From the NCBI GenBank assembly GCA_024413465.1, contig JAKSVU010000004.1:34690-98689 (forward strand): a stretch of DNA of 64,000 nucleotides. Reading direction: 5' to 3'. Each line of letters begins with the position of its first letter. Position 1 is the first letter of the stretch. The notes below the pieces were generated by a model. That model had not been told where the DNA came from and ran no database searches. It saw nothing but the letters and a program-made list of their open reading frames with translations. Below, piece by piece: positions 1 to 8,290 of this stretch. This DNA comes from Alphaproteobacteria bacterium. Its GTDB lineage: Bacteria > Pseudomonadota > Alphaproteobacteria > CAAGCB01 > CAG-977. Position numbers and translations under genes: made by a program.

Positions 1-967
1 TAGTTTATTTAAAGGCTTTTCTGGTTTGGTAAATGCTGTTTTACATCGTTTCATTAAAGAACAAAATAAAATATGTTCGATTGAAAGTATAGAAACAAGT
101 AATATTCCGCAATGGCTTTTAAATATATGGCAAAAGGAATATGGAATTGAAAAAACAAGAAAAATAGTTTCAGCTTGTTTGAAGGAAGCACCACTTGATT
201 TTACAGTAAAAGAAAATCCAGAATTTTGGGCAGAGAAATTGGAATGTAAGGTATTAGCAACAGGAACGTTGCGTCGCGAAAAATCTTGTTTGGTTTCTAA
301 TTTGCCAGGTTATGAAGAGGGGGAGTGGTGGATTCAAGATTTTTCAGCTTCATTGCCTGTAAAACTGTTTCAATCTGTAACAGGTAAAAAAGTTGCGGAC
401 GTTTGTGCTGCACCTGGTGGTAAAACAGCACAACTCATTTTAAATGGAGCAGATGTTGAAGCAATAGATATTTCAAAAAATAGAATAAAAAGGCTTGAAG
501 AAAATTTATCAAGGTTGAAATATTCGTCAAAAACAATAACTCAAGATGCGTTAGAATGGGCTTTGTGTCAAAAGAAAAAAAGTTTTGATGCGATTTTATT
601 AGATGCTCCTTGTTCAGCAACAGGAACCATTCGTCGTCATCCTGATGTTTTGTTTCACAGAAAATATGAAGATATTGAGCGCTTAAAGGATTTACAATAC
701 AATCTGTTAAAAGCGATGTTGCCTTTGTTAAAAAAGGAAGGAGTTTTGATTTATTGCGTTTGTTCTATTATTCCAGATGAAGGAGTGCAGTTAATAGATA
801 GAGTTGTTCAAGAACGTTTAGCTGAACGAATTTGTTTAACAAATGAAATACCATTAGAATTAATATCTCAGAAGGGAGATTTATTAGTCACACCAGATTG
901 CTATTCAGATGATGGAGGGTGTGATGGTTTTTTTGCAGCAAGATTAAAAAAGGTTGAAGAAGAATGA
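1..967 (+). CDS. rsmB: 16S rRNA (cytosine-C5)-methyltransferase, RsmB/Sun family, C-terminal part (5' end lies outside the window)
   Basis: Reading frame is open back to position 2. SAM-methyltransferase motifs DVCAAPGGKT, DAPCSATGTIRRHPD and the catalytic-Cys region YCVCS are present. Confidence 0.85.
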   Translation, partial: SLFKGFSGLVNAVLHRFIKEQNKICSIESIETSNIPQWLLNIWQKEYGIEKTRKIVSACLKEAPLDFTVKENPEFWAEKLECKVLATGTLRREKSCLVSNLPGYEEGEWWIQDFSASLPVKLFQSVTGKKVADVCAAPGGKTAQLILNGADVEAIDISKNRIKRLEENLSRLKYSSKTITQDALEWALCQKKKSFDAILLDAPCSATGTIRRHPDVLFHRKYEDIERLKDLQYNLLKAMLPLLKKEGVLIYCVCSIIPDEGVQLIDRVVQERLAERICLTNEIPLELISQKGDLLVTPDCYSDDGGCDGFFAARLKKVEEE

Positions 968-1563
968 CAAATAGAGCAATTTTATATCCATTTGATGAAG
1001 ATTATTATTCAGAAGATTTACCTGATTTTATATCTTGTATTAAGAAAATGAAAAAAAAAGGAGTTGTAACACCATTCATTACAGTTTCGAAGGAAGGTCG
1101 TATTTCAAAATTACTAAAAGGGGAAAAGTTGTATTATGACATCGTTTCAAATAATTTAAATATTGATCAAACAACATTTTCGTTATTTGCAGTTTTGAAA
1201 TTGATGATGGGGACATTCCCACAATTTAGGTATTTTAGGGTAAATAAAATTGAAGCGGTTCATTTTACAGATTTAAGATCAGTCTTGTTTTGGTCTAATC
1301 CTGCAAAAATGAATAGAATACCATATTTTGTTTCTTTGAATAGATTTACAAAAATGAATCGTGTTGTCAAAATAGCTTTAATTGACAGCATGATGTTAGT
1401 TTGCCATAATCAAGATGTGAATGTAAAGGTTCCGGACGTTTTGTTGGAGAAGACTTCTTTATATCCAGAGAAAAATGAGTTACTTGATTTTTGGGTAGAT
1501 AGATATGGCTTCTTAAATAGAAAGAAATCTCTAACAAAAATGACAGGTCTATTAAATAAATAG
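964..1563 (+). CDS. hypothetical protein (199 aa), no motif recognised
   Basis: Long ORF in an AT-rich background. ATGA start/stop overlap with rsmB suggests translational coupling. Contains an A9 tract at 1051-1059. Confidence 0.55.
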   Translation: MTNRAILYPFDEDYYSEDLPDFISCIKKMKKKGVVTPFITVSKEGRISKLLKGEKLYYDIVSNNLNIDQTTFSLFAVLKLMMGTFPQFRYFRVNKIEAVHFTDLRSVLFWSNPAKMNRIPYFVSLNRFTKMNRVVKIALIDSMMLVCHNQDVNVKVPDVLLEKTSLYPEKNELLDFWVDRYGFLNRKKSLTKMTGLLNK

Positions 1564-1572
1564 GATGATAAA

Positions 1573-2109
1573 ATGAAAATTATATTGATGATATTTTCTG
1601 TTTTTGTTTCGATGACAGTAAACGCAGCTCCAATCCAATCGGTGATTGTATCACAAAAAGTTGAACAAGTTGGAGTTTTTGATGATTGGAGTGCATTCGT
1701 TTATCAAAATGGAAAAGATAAGGTTTGCTATGTTTCTTCAATGCCTTTGAAGTCTGCTGGTGAATATACAAGACGTGGAGATGTTTATTTAATGGTTTCT
1801 GATAGACCTAATGAGGAAATATATGATACGGTAACTTTTATTGCAGGGTATACTTTTTCTCCAAGATCAGAAGCTGTTTTGCGAGTTGGAAATGTCAAAG
1901 CAAACTTGTTTACATCTGAAGATACGGCTTGGGCTAAAAATTTGAAAACTGATGAAGATATTGCAGTCGCAATGTCAAAGGCAGTCCGGGTTACAGTGCG
2001 TGGAAAAACGATGCAAGGAATTGAAACGTATGATACGTTTTCGATGAAGGGGTTTTATGATGCTAAAGAGGCTGTGAATAGATTATGTCGTCAACCAAAA
2101 CAAAAATAG
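1573..2109 (+). CDS. secreted protein, IalB-like (invasion-associated locus B family) by pattern
   Basis: Signal peptide MKIILMIFSVFVSMTVNA. About 180 aa with the FDDWSAF...KVCY pattern typical of IalB-family periplasmic proteins. The family call is from memory only. Confidence 0.5.
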   Translation: MKIILMIFSVFVSMTVNAAPIQSVIVSQKVEQVGVFDDWSAFVYQNGKDKVCYVSSMPLKSAGEYTRRGDVYLMVSDRPNEEIYDTVTFIAGYTFSPRSEAVLRVGNVKANLFTSEDTAWAKNLKTDEDIAVAMSKAVRVTVRGKTMQGIETYDTFSMKGFYDAKEAVNRLCRQPKQK

Positions 2110-2179
2110 TGTTAAATGAAAATTGTTTTTTTTTGTTTTTTTTGTTAATATACCTAAAAGTTTGATAAGAGGTTGATAA

Positions 2180-2608
2180 ATGACAGAAGAAGTTTGTAAT
2201 GATTTTATAGAAATGTACGAAGAAAATTTGGTGAATTTATTGGAAAACGGAGAAAAATCAGAGGATGATCCAAATGTTCGCATAGATGCTATGGTTGATA
2301 CAGTTATTCAAGCAAGACGAGAATTGGATCCTTCATTAACGTTAAAATTGAGATCTTTGGAGACTATGAAAGATTATAAACAATTTTTATTGTCTGAATA
2401 TAAGTTGTTTGGCGTTATAGATAAAAACAAGATAGGACCAATTTTTGCAGAATACCTGTTGTTTACAATGTTAAGTGATTATGAAGTTGAAGATCATATT
2501 GATTTTGAAGTATTTGGGGATGAATTAAATCTTGCTTATCAACAAATGCCTGCAGAATATCAGGATTTAAAAAGAATTTTTCCATGGGGAAAACTGATTG
2601 ATTTTTAA
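2180..2608 (+). CDS. hypothetical small acidic protein (142 aa)
   Basis: Clean ORF followed by an intrinsic terminator. Very acidic, with no signal peptide and no recognised motif. Confidence 0.55.
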   Translation: MTEEVCNDFIEMYEENLVNLLENGEKSEDDPNVRIDAMVDTVIQARRELDPSLTLKLRSLETMKDYKQFLLSEYKLFGVIDKNKIGPIFAEYLLFTMLSDYEVEDHIDFEVFGDELNLAYQQMPAEYQDLKRIFPWGKLIDF

Positions 2609-2630
2609 AAAAATTAGTTTAATTCAGAAA

Positions 2631-2664
2631 AAATAAAAAACTCTTGCATCGCAAGAGTTTTTTT
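2631..2664. terminator. bidirectional intrinsic terminator
   Basis: A-run, stem CTCTTGC (2641-2647), loop ATC, stem GCAAGAG (2651-2657), then a T-run. It sits between the + strand ORF ending at 2608 and the 3' end of the - strand tRNA. Confidence 0.75.
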
Positions 2665-2739
2665 TGGCTGGGGCGGCAGGATTCGGACCTGCGCATGACG
2701 GAGTCAAAGTCCGTTGCCTTACCACTTGGCTACGCCCCA
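2665..2739 (-). tRNA. tRNA-Gln (anticodon UUG), CCA encoded
   Basis: Reverse complement reads TGGGGCGTAGCCAAGTGGTAAGGCAACGGACTTTGACTCCGTCATGCGCAGGTCCGAATCCTGCCGCCCCAGCCA. It has a 7-bp acceptor stem with the U1-A72 pair typical of bacterial tRNA-Gln, anticodon stem ACGGA/TCCGT with loop CTTTGAC, and a T-arm ending GGTCCGAATCC. Confidence 0.9.
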
Positions 2740-2877
2740 AGAACAAGATTTTTTTATTCTTTTTTTTATTTATCGTCAAGAATTATTTTAAAAAAAATAA
2801 TTTTTTTTCAAAAATACAAATTTAATGGTCTTTAAAGATATTTTTGTGTAAATTATGAAAAAAAGGATGTTTCTATA

Positions 2878-3621
2878 ATGAGTATTTTTCAGTTTTTATT
2901 TAAAACATTAGATGATAAAACTAACGATAAATTAGGGGCATATCCTGAAAAGGTGCACGTTAATGCTATGCCAGAACGTAGATATTTAAAAACATCTCGT
3001 GTAATGGCTTTGCTTTCGGCTGCATTGTTGTGCGGATGCTTCATTTGGGGAATTTTGATATTTTTATTAGGACCGATGGTTTCAAATCAACCTCAACTTT
3101 ATGTTGTTAATAAAAGGTTTTTTAGATTGGATCCAGTTCAGAGAGATGAGGTTCTTGCAGATCCCAGTTATTACTTGATGGAAGAACATATAAAACAATA
3201 TATTCGATTAAGACATACTATTGTTCCAGATCAAGAAGAGATGGAATATCGATGGGCAGCAAAAAGTCCATTTAGATGGTTTTCATCAACAGGGGTTTTG
3301 TCTGGATTTGAAAATGAAAAAAATGAAGCTTTAAAATCCTTAGCAGAGGGGCTGACTACAGAAGTAAAAATTTATTTTGTTGAAAAATTATCAGAAGGAA
3401 TTTGGGTTGCAGAATTTGACAAAATTGAGCATTGGCCCGAAAATGAAAAACCGGTAGTTAAAAGATATAGGGTAATGTTGAATGCAGCTTTTGTTTCAGA
3501 TTTCTCTCCTCCTGGTACAGAAGAAAAAATAAAAAATCCATTAAAATTCCAGGTAATGGAGTACGCATTAGGAGCAAAAATTGTGAGAGATCGACAAGAA
3601 AATACACGTTTTATTGATTGA
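2878..3621 (+). CDS. VirB8-like bitopic membrane protein (type IV secretion VirB8 family by pattern)
   Basis: Short cytoplasmic N-terminus, one TM segment (ALLSAALLCGCFIWGILIFLLGP), then a ~180-aa periplasmic domain ending in NPLKFQVMEY. This resembles the VirB8 C-terminal NPLGFqVtsY motif. Confidence 0.55.
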   Translation: MSIFQFLFKTLDDKTNDKLGAYPEKVHVNAMPERRYLKTSRVMALLSAALLCGCFIWGILIFLLGPMVSNQPQLYVVNKRFFRLDPVQRDEVLADPSYYLMEEHIKQYIRLRHTIVPDQEEMEYRWAAKSPFRWFSSTGVLSGFENEKNEALKSLAEGLTTEVKIYFVEKLSEGIWVAEFDKIEHWPENEKPVVKRYRVMLNAAFVSDFSPPGTEEKIKNPLKFQVMEYALGAKIVRDRQENTRFID

Positions 3622-3647
3622 TTTGTGATTTTTGTCGTTATAGAGTA

Positions 3648-3669
3648 TTTTGCCATAATTTTGCCATAA
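3648..3669. repeat. perfect tandem direct repeat, 2 x 11 nt (TTTTGCCATAA)
   Basis: Positions 3648-3658 and 3659-3669 are identical. A degenerate third copy overlaps the TATAAT at 3673-3678. Confidence 0.85.
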
Positions 3670-3678
3670 TTTTATAAT
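3650..3678 (+). promoter_or_regulatory. sigma70-like promoter for the Cys-rich gene pair
   Basis: TTGCCA (3650-3655), 17-nt spacer, TATAAT (3673-3678). It lies 42 nt upstream of the ATG at 3720. Confidence 0.45.
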
Positions 3679-3719
3679 ATCCTAGACATAGAATTGTGTA
3701 AAAAGAGAGGTTTTAAGTC

Positions 3720-4946
3720 ATGAGAAAAATTGCATACAGTTTGGCTTTTTTTGGATTGATTATGTCTGGAGAAGCGTTCGCAGGATCTCCCTATTGTAGT
3801 GTTGTAGGAGCATCGTGTGGTGGTGTAGATGATAGAGTTGGACAGTGTAAATCATCATCCAATCCTGCTCAAAATGCTGGGTATTCAGGATACTGTTTCC
3901 AAAATTCTTGTGCAACAGGGTATATTTCAATCCCGGGAGGATCAGTGTGTTCATCTTCTGGTAATACAGCTTATGGTGGATCAACTTGTTGTAAATGTGG
4001 CCCGACAGATTGTGGAGGGGTTTGTTATGATTACAATAAATCGTATTGCAGTAATCATGGATCTGGTGGTACATCATCAAATGATGATAAATGTAATTTT
4101 GTAGATGGAACGTGTTCTGGACAAGCTTATAATGGTTCGTCAGGACATTGTACTTGTCAATCCGGAAATTGTAATGACGGAATGGAAAAACAGATGTTCT
4201 ATAAAGATAATCCCCATTTTTCAGGGAGCAGTTTCTATTGTGTCCCTTCATCTATAGGAGCATGTCCTAGTGAAGTTGCGACGTATTCTAGTTGTCCATC
4301 CGAATGTACAGAATGTTTGAAGTGTAAAGCCAATGGTGCAACAAAGTATATGTGTACACATTGTAAACAAGGATATATCTTGAATTCATGCGGGGCTGGA
4401 AAAGCTTCTATGTGTACTCCTTTTGATTGCGGTCCAGGATATTATTTAGAAGGTTCATCTTGTACTGGATCTTGTAAAGAATGTTCAGCAGGTTATTATT
4501 GTGATGGTCATGATAAAAAACCTTGTCCTGCAGGAGCTTATTCTGCCTCAGCAAGAGCATCAGCATGTACTTCTTGTCCACCGCAGACAACTTCTGTTAA
4601 TACGGGATCGACACAATGTTCATCATGTAAGACATTGTTCTCTGTAGCTCATGGACAATGTATTGAATGCGATCCTACTGGATGTAAGAATGCGACTTGT
4701 GATGATGGATATTCTTGGAATTCAAATAGCAAAAAATGTGAGGCGTGTTCTAATATAAGATTACCTGGAGATATTGGTACATGTGAAGAATGTGAAAACG
4801 GTATCTGTACTTTTGCAGATTGTCCGGAAGGTTATTCATGGAATGGAACATCATGTATTTCAGAAGAGACTGTTCAAAGTTGTGCACCTCCATTTGTGAA
4901 AGAAGAAAGTGGTAAATGCTGTATTGAACCAGTGTCTACACCATAA
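3720..4946 (+). CDS. secreted cysteine-rich repeat protein (408 aa) with furin-like / ephrin-receptor-like (GCC2/GCC3) / VSP-like CxxC modules
   Basis: Signal peptide MRKIAYSLAFFGLIMSGEAFA. About 50 Cys by hand count. Modules include CKECSAGYYCDG...PCPAGAYSAS...CTSCPP and CDDGYSWNS..KKCEAC. Confidence 0.8.
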   Translation: MRKIAYSLAFFGLIMSGEAFAGSPYCSVVGASCGGVDDRVGQCKSSSNPAQNAGYSGYCFQNSCATGYISIPGGSVCSSSGNTAYGGSTCCKCGPTDCGGVCYDYNKSYCSNHGSGGTSSNDDKCNFVDGTCSGQAYNGSSGHCTCQSGNCNDGMEKQMFYKDNPHFSGSSFYCVPSSIGACPSEVATYSSCPSECTECLKCKANGATKYMCTHCKQGYILNSCGAGKASMCTPFDCGPGYYLEGSSCTGSCKECSAGYYCDGHDKKPCPAGAYSASARASACTSCPPQTTSVNTGSTQCSSCKTLFSVAHGQCIECDPTGCKNATCDDGYSWNSNSKKCEACSNIRLPGDIGTCEECENGICTFADCPEGYSWNGTSCISEETVQSCAPPFVKEESGKCCIEPVSTP

Positions 4947-4966
4947 AATTTTAAGGAGAATATATT

Positions 4967-5974
4967 ATGAAAAAGATTTTATTGGCAATGATATTTATTT
5001 TCGCTTTTGTTCCTTATGGTGCAGATGCAGCTTCCCGTAAATTAGGGAATGGAAATGAAGATCGTAATGTGCAAGAATTTAACAAAAGAAGTAAGACAGA
5101 GAGAGATTTATCAGATCCATGTTTAAAAAAAAGATGTCATGGAAATTTGGTTTGTATTGTAGGAACAGATAACAAAGCTAGTTGTGGATGTACGCAAAAT
5201 AGTCATTGTGGTTTTGGTTGGAAGTGCAATACGTCAACAAATACCTGTGAAGTTTGTAATGCAGGTGAAAAGGGAACTTCCTGTAATTGTCCAGATTTAA
5301 AGCAAGCTGATGGACATGGTGCATGTGAATGTGTTGCAGATCCGTCTACACAATCATGTAGTATTGCAAAATATTTTGATGAAGATACTTGTAAATGTGA
5401 AAATTGTTATGCATCAGGTAAGGGGACATGTGGTTGTTCAGCATATCAAGAACCTCAAGATGGAATGTGTGTCGGAGAAACGTGCGAAGGAAAATTTGGG
5501 GTAGAATGTGTAAATTGTAATACAAATTTAACGGCGTGTACATCTTGTGCTAAGGGGTATTACTTGAATAGCAATACATGCCATAAATGCACGATAGAAA
5601 ATGGCTTATGTCTTGCTTGTGAATTTGTGAATAACAGCGTTAACTGTACAGAAGCAAATTGTGATGAGGGATATTCTTACGTGGTTGAAGGCGGCATTGG
5701 GGTTTGTAAGCAATGTTCAGAACATTGTGAAACTTGTCCAGCAAACGGAGGACAATGTTCTAAATGCGAAGAAGGTTACTATTTAAAAAATGGTGAATGT
5801 TTAGAATGTCCAAATGGTGGATACTGTGATGGTTCAACGCAAATAACATGTAATCCATCATATTATTTACAAGGTGAAGAATGTCTTGATTCTTGTGAGT
5901 ATACACAGTGTAAAGCTGGAACGACAAAAACAAGATGTGAAGAAGAAGGAAAAAATGGTTGCTGTTGCTATTAA
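4967..5974 (+). CDS. secreted cysteine-rich repeat protein (335 aa), paralogous in module type to the upstream gene
   Basis: Signal peptide MKKILLAMIFIFAFVPYGADA. About 47 Cys by hand count. Modules include CTSCAKGYYLNSNTCHKC, CSKCEEGYYLKNGECLECPNGGYCDG and NCDEGYSYV. SD-like AAGGAG upstream. Confidence 0.8.
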   Translation: MKKILLAMIFIFAFVPYGADAASRKLGNGNEDRNVQEFNKRSKTERDLSDPCLKKRCHGNLVCIVGTDNKASCGCTQNSHCGFGWKCNTSTNTCEVCNAGEKGTSCNCPDLKQADGHGACECVADPSTQSCSIAKYFDEDTCKCENCYASGKGTCGCSAYQEPQDGMCVGETCEGKFGVECVNCNTNLTACTSCAKGYYLNSNTCHKCTIENGLCLACEFVNNSVNCTEANCDEGYSYVVEGGIGVCKQCSEHCETCPANGGQCSKCEEGYYLKNGECLECPNGGYCDGSTQITCNPSYYLQGEECLDSCEYTQCKAGTTKTRCEEEGKNGCCCY

Positions 5975-5998
5975 TCAAGAGATGCCATTTGAAATGTG

Positions 5999-6035
5999 AA
6001 AAAAAAGAGCTCTAATTTTTAGAGCTCTTTTTTTT
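5999..6035. terminator. bidirectional intrinsic terminator
   Basis: Perfect palindrome AAAAAAGAGCTCTAA (6001-6015), loop TTT, TTAGAGCTCTTTTTT (6019-6033). It lies between convergent genes. Confidence 0.85.
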
Positions 6036-6594
6036 ATTCTTGTTCTTTTTTTTGATAGTATTGCGGCCATTGATTCTTTACCATTTCTCCGGAACTGTCC
6101 CAAGCAAGACAAGTATCGATCGGATCAGGTTTTGTTCCTCGGGCATATTTCATCATTCTGATTGGATAAATTGTCTGAAAAGCAGCTTGAGCAGTTCCTA
6201 TGATAAGTTCAAAAAGATGCGTACAACCTTGTTTAATTTGAATTTGACGATGAATATCTTTTGAGAACCCCGTTTTAATTTGTAAACCAACAAGTTTTTG
6301 ATAAACGACTTCAGTTAAAGGACATTGTTTATATGGGGCATTTTCTATATTGATTTCAATATTTTTAATAAACAAATCATCATCAACAGTTAAACGAATA
6401 TACATTTCATGGAAAGGTTCTCCCGCAAAAATAGTATGTGCAGGTCTATCTAAACAAGGAGTATCAAAACTGCGTAAATCTTTAAAATGACCTTCAATAT
6501 CCCATAAATCATCATCTCGTCGATATCCAACATAGTCTAAATGTCTAAAATATATTTCTTCACGTGTTATGTTATTTATTTTTGATAAAGGCAT
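6034..6594 (-). CDS. DUF2889-like protein (186 aa)
   Basis: Contains the GCTHLFELI motif and has the size and shape I associate with the DUF2889 family. Function unknown. Confidence 0.55.
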   Translation of the reverse strand: MPLSKINNITREEIYFRHLDYVGYRRDDDLWDIEGHFKDLRSFDTPCLDRPAHTIFAGEPFHEMYIRLTVDDDLFIKNIEINIENAPYKQCPLTEVVYQKLVGLQIKTGFSKDIHRQIQIKQGCTHLFELIIGTAQAAFQTIYPIRMMKYARGTKPDPIDTCLAWDSSGEMVKNQWPQYYQKKEQE

Positions 6595-6597
6595 TTT

Positions 6598-7665
6598 TTA
6601 ATCCTTTAAAACTGAAAAAATGAGATGTTTATCAATATTTTTAAAAACTTTGGCATTCCCTAAGCTCTGAAGTAAAACGAAATTTAATTCGTCATTTGTT
6701 GTTTTTTTGTCTTTAATCATATGATCTATTATATTTTGTGGAGATTTACATGGAAAACTTGTTGGAAGTCCGATTTTATTATAATGAAGAACCATTTCTT
6801 GAGTATAGTCAGGTAAATTTAATAAAGTTGCCAACTTCGATGCATAAATCATTCCTATTGCAACTGCGGTTCCATGCAAAAGTGTAAAATTAGATTCTGT
6901 TTCAAAGGCATGGGCAAACGTATGTCCAAAATTAAGTAAAGCTCGTTTCCCAGTTAATTCTCGTTCATCTTCTTCAACAACCATTGCTTTAATTTGACAA
7001 CATCTTTTAATCACGTATAAAAGTGTATCTTTTTTTAATGCAATGACATCCTTCCCATTTAATTTTAAGTATTCCCAGAAATTATTATCAAGGATAAAGC
7101 CATATTTAACAATCTCTCCATAACCCGCTAAAATTTGTTCTTTTGGTAGAGAAAAAAGAGTCTTTGAATCAATAACAACAGCTTTCGGTTGGTAAAAAGT
7201 TCCAATAAGATTTTTTCCAAAAGCAGTATTTATTGCAGTTTTCCCACCAACAGAACTATCAGTTTGAGATAAAAGTGTTGTTGGTACTTGTATAAAATTA
7301 ACGCCGCGTTCTAAAATGGAGGCACAAAAGCCTGTTAAGTCACCAATTACTCCACCACCAAGTGATATTAGAGTCGTAGACCTATCACATCCAGTTGAAA
7401 GTATTTTTTCAAGAACATATTCAGCGTATTTGAATGATTTTGTTTTTTCTCCAGCAGGAAGGATGATGGAATAAGCATTAAGGTGTTCTTTTATCGATTC
7501 TAGGTATAAGGGAGCAACATTTTCATCAGAAATAATGTAAGTTTTCCCTTTGATATATGGAGATAAAATCTTATTTATATCTTTTAAAATGTCATACCCA
7601 ATAAATATTGGATATTCATTATATTTTAATTTGACGTAGATTGATTCAATTTCTTGCATACTCAT
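6598..7665 (-). CDS. aroB: 3-dehydroquinate synthase
   Basis: Motifs GGGVIGDLTGFCAS, VPTTLLSQTDSSVGGKT and NFGHTFAHAFE. Operonic with aroK. Confidence 0.9.
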   Translation of the reverse strand: MSMQEIESIYVKLKYNEYPIFIGYDILKDINKILSPYIKGKTYIISDENVAPLYLESIKEHLNAYSIILPAGEKTKSFKYAEYVLEKILSTGCDRSTTLISLGGGVIGDLTGFCASILERGVNFIQVPTTLLSQTDSSVGGKTAINTAFGKNLIGTFYQPKAVVIDSKTLFSLPKEQILAGYGEIVKYGFILDNNFWEYLKLNGKDVIALKKDTLLYVIKRCCQIKAMVVEEDERELTGKRALLNFGHTFAHAFETESNFTLLHGTAVAIGMIYASKLATLLNLPDYTQEMVLHYNKIGLPTSFPCKSPQNIIDHMIKDKKTTNDELNFVLLQSLGNAKVFKNIDKHLIFSVLKD

Positions 7666-8200
7666 TTATCCTTGAAACAATACGACGCAAAACTTGTCCC
7701 ATGGCTTCATTATCATAAGGTATGGTAATGTCAGCTTGTTCGTAAAAGGGTCTTCTTTTTCCCATCAAATCTTTTATCACTAAGTCAGGACGATCCGTAT
7801 TTAGCATCGGACGATGAGTTCTGCCAGAAGTATTCCGAATAATTGTATTAATCGAAGCATCTACAAAAATGGAAACAGCTTTTTCTTTCGCAAGTTTTCT
7901 AGTATTTTCAGATAAAAATGAACCTCCTCCCGAAGATAATACACAGATAGGTCCATTTAAAAGTCGTGCCATAATTTTTTCTTCACCTCGACGAAATTCT
8001 TCTTCTCCAAATAATTTAAAAATATCACCACAGGAACCACCTGCAGCAATTTCTATTTCAGTGTCGCTATCTGTGAATGGAATGTTAAAAATGTTTGCTA
8101 ATCGCTTTCCAAGACTTGTCTTTCCCGCACCAGGCATGCCTACAAGCAATAATGTTTTAGTTAAAGGATATGGAAAATATATTTTTTTAGATTTATACAT
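7646..8200 (-). CDS. aroK: shikimate kinase
   Basis: P-loop LVGMPGAGKTSLGKRLA plus DSD and GGG motifs. Overlaps the aroB start by 20 nt. Confidence 0.9.
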   Translation of the reverse strand: MYKSKKIYFPYPLTKTLLLVGMPGAGKTSLGKRLANIFNIPFTDSDTEIEIAAGGSCGDIFKLFGEEEFRRGEEKIMARLLNGPICVLSSGGGSFLSENTRKLAKEKAVSIFVDASINTIIRNTSGRTHRPMLNTDRPDLVIKDLMGKRRPFYEQADITIPYDNEAMGQVLRRIVSRINEYARN

Positions 8201-8290
8201 TGAAACATCTCTTTCCTAACTTTATTTTAACTTGATTATGACATAAATGAAACTATTCAAGAATAGTTTTTTTATACAGGAATAAAAAAA

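Noticed and set aside
2110-2179. T-rich low-complexity spacer (TTGTTTTTTTTTGTTTTTTTTGTT), and other AT-rich spacers, scanned for CRISPR-like or tandem-repeat structure.
   Set aside because: There is no regular repeat-spacer periodicity. These are simple homopolymer runs typical of intergenic DNA in this genome.
2644-2835. 63-aa + strand ORF in the track.
   Set aside because: It lies directly over the tRNA-Gln gene and its promoter region, with no SD sequence. It is spurious.
3760-4251. 163-aa antisense ORF, and other in-gene ORFs at 3829-4104, 4408-4590, 5310-5504, 5346-5543 and 5760-5978 inside the Cys-rich genes.
   Set aside because: These are alternative-frame or antisense artefacts of the repetitive TG(T/C)-rich coding sequence. 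Their products are low-complexity and lack starts with an SD. The sense frames have signal peptides and a coherent repeat architecture.
7869-8219. 116-aa + strand ORF opposite aroK. Similar shadow ORFs occur at 35670-36020, 41945-42226, 47169-47501 and 38119-38307.
   Set aside because: These shadow ORFs lie within confidently identified genes and have no motifs or ribosome-binding sites.
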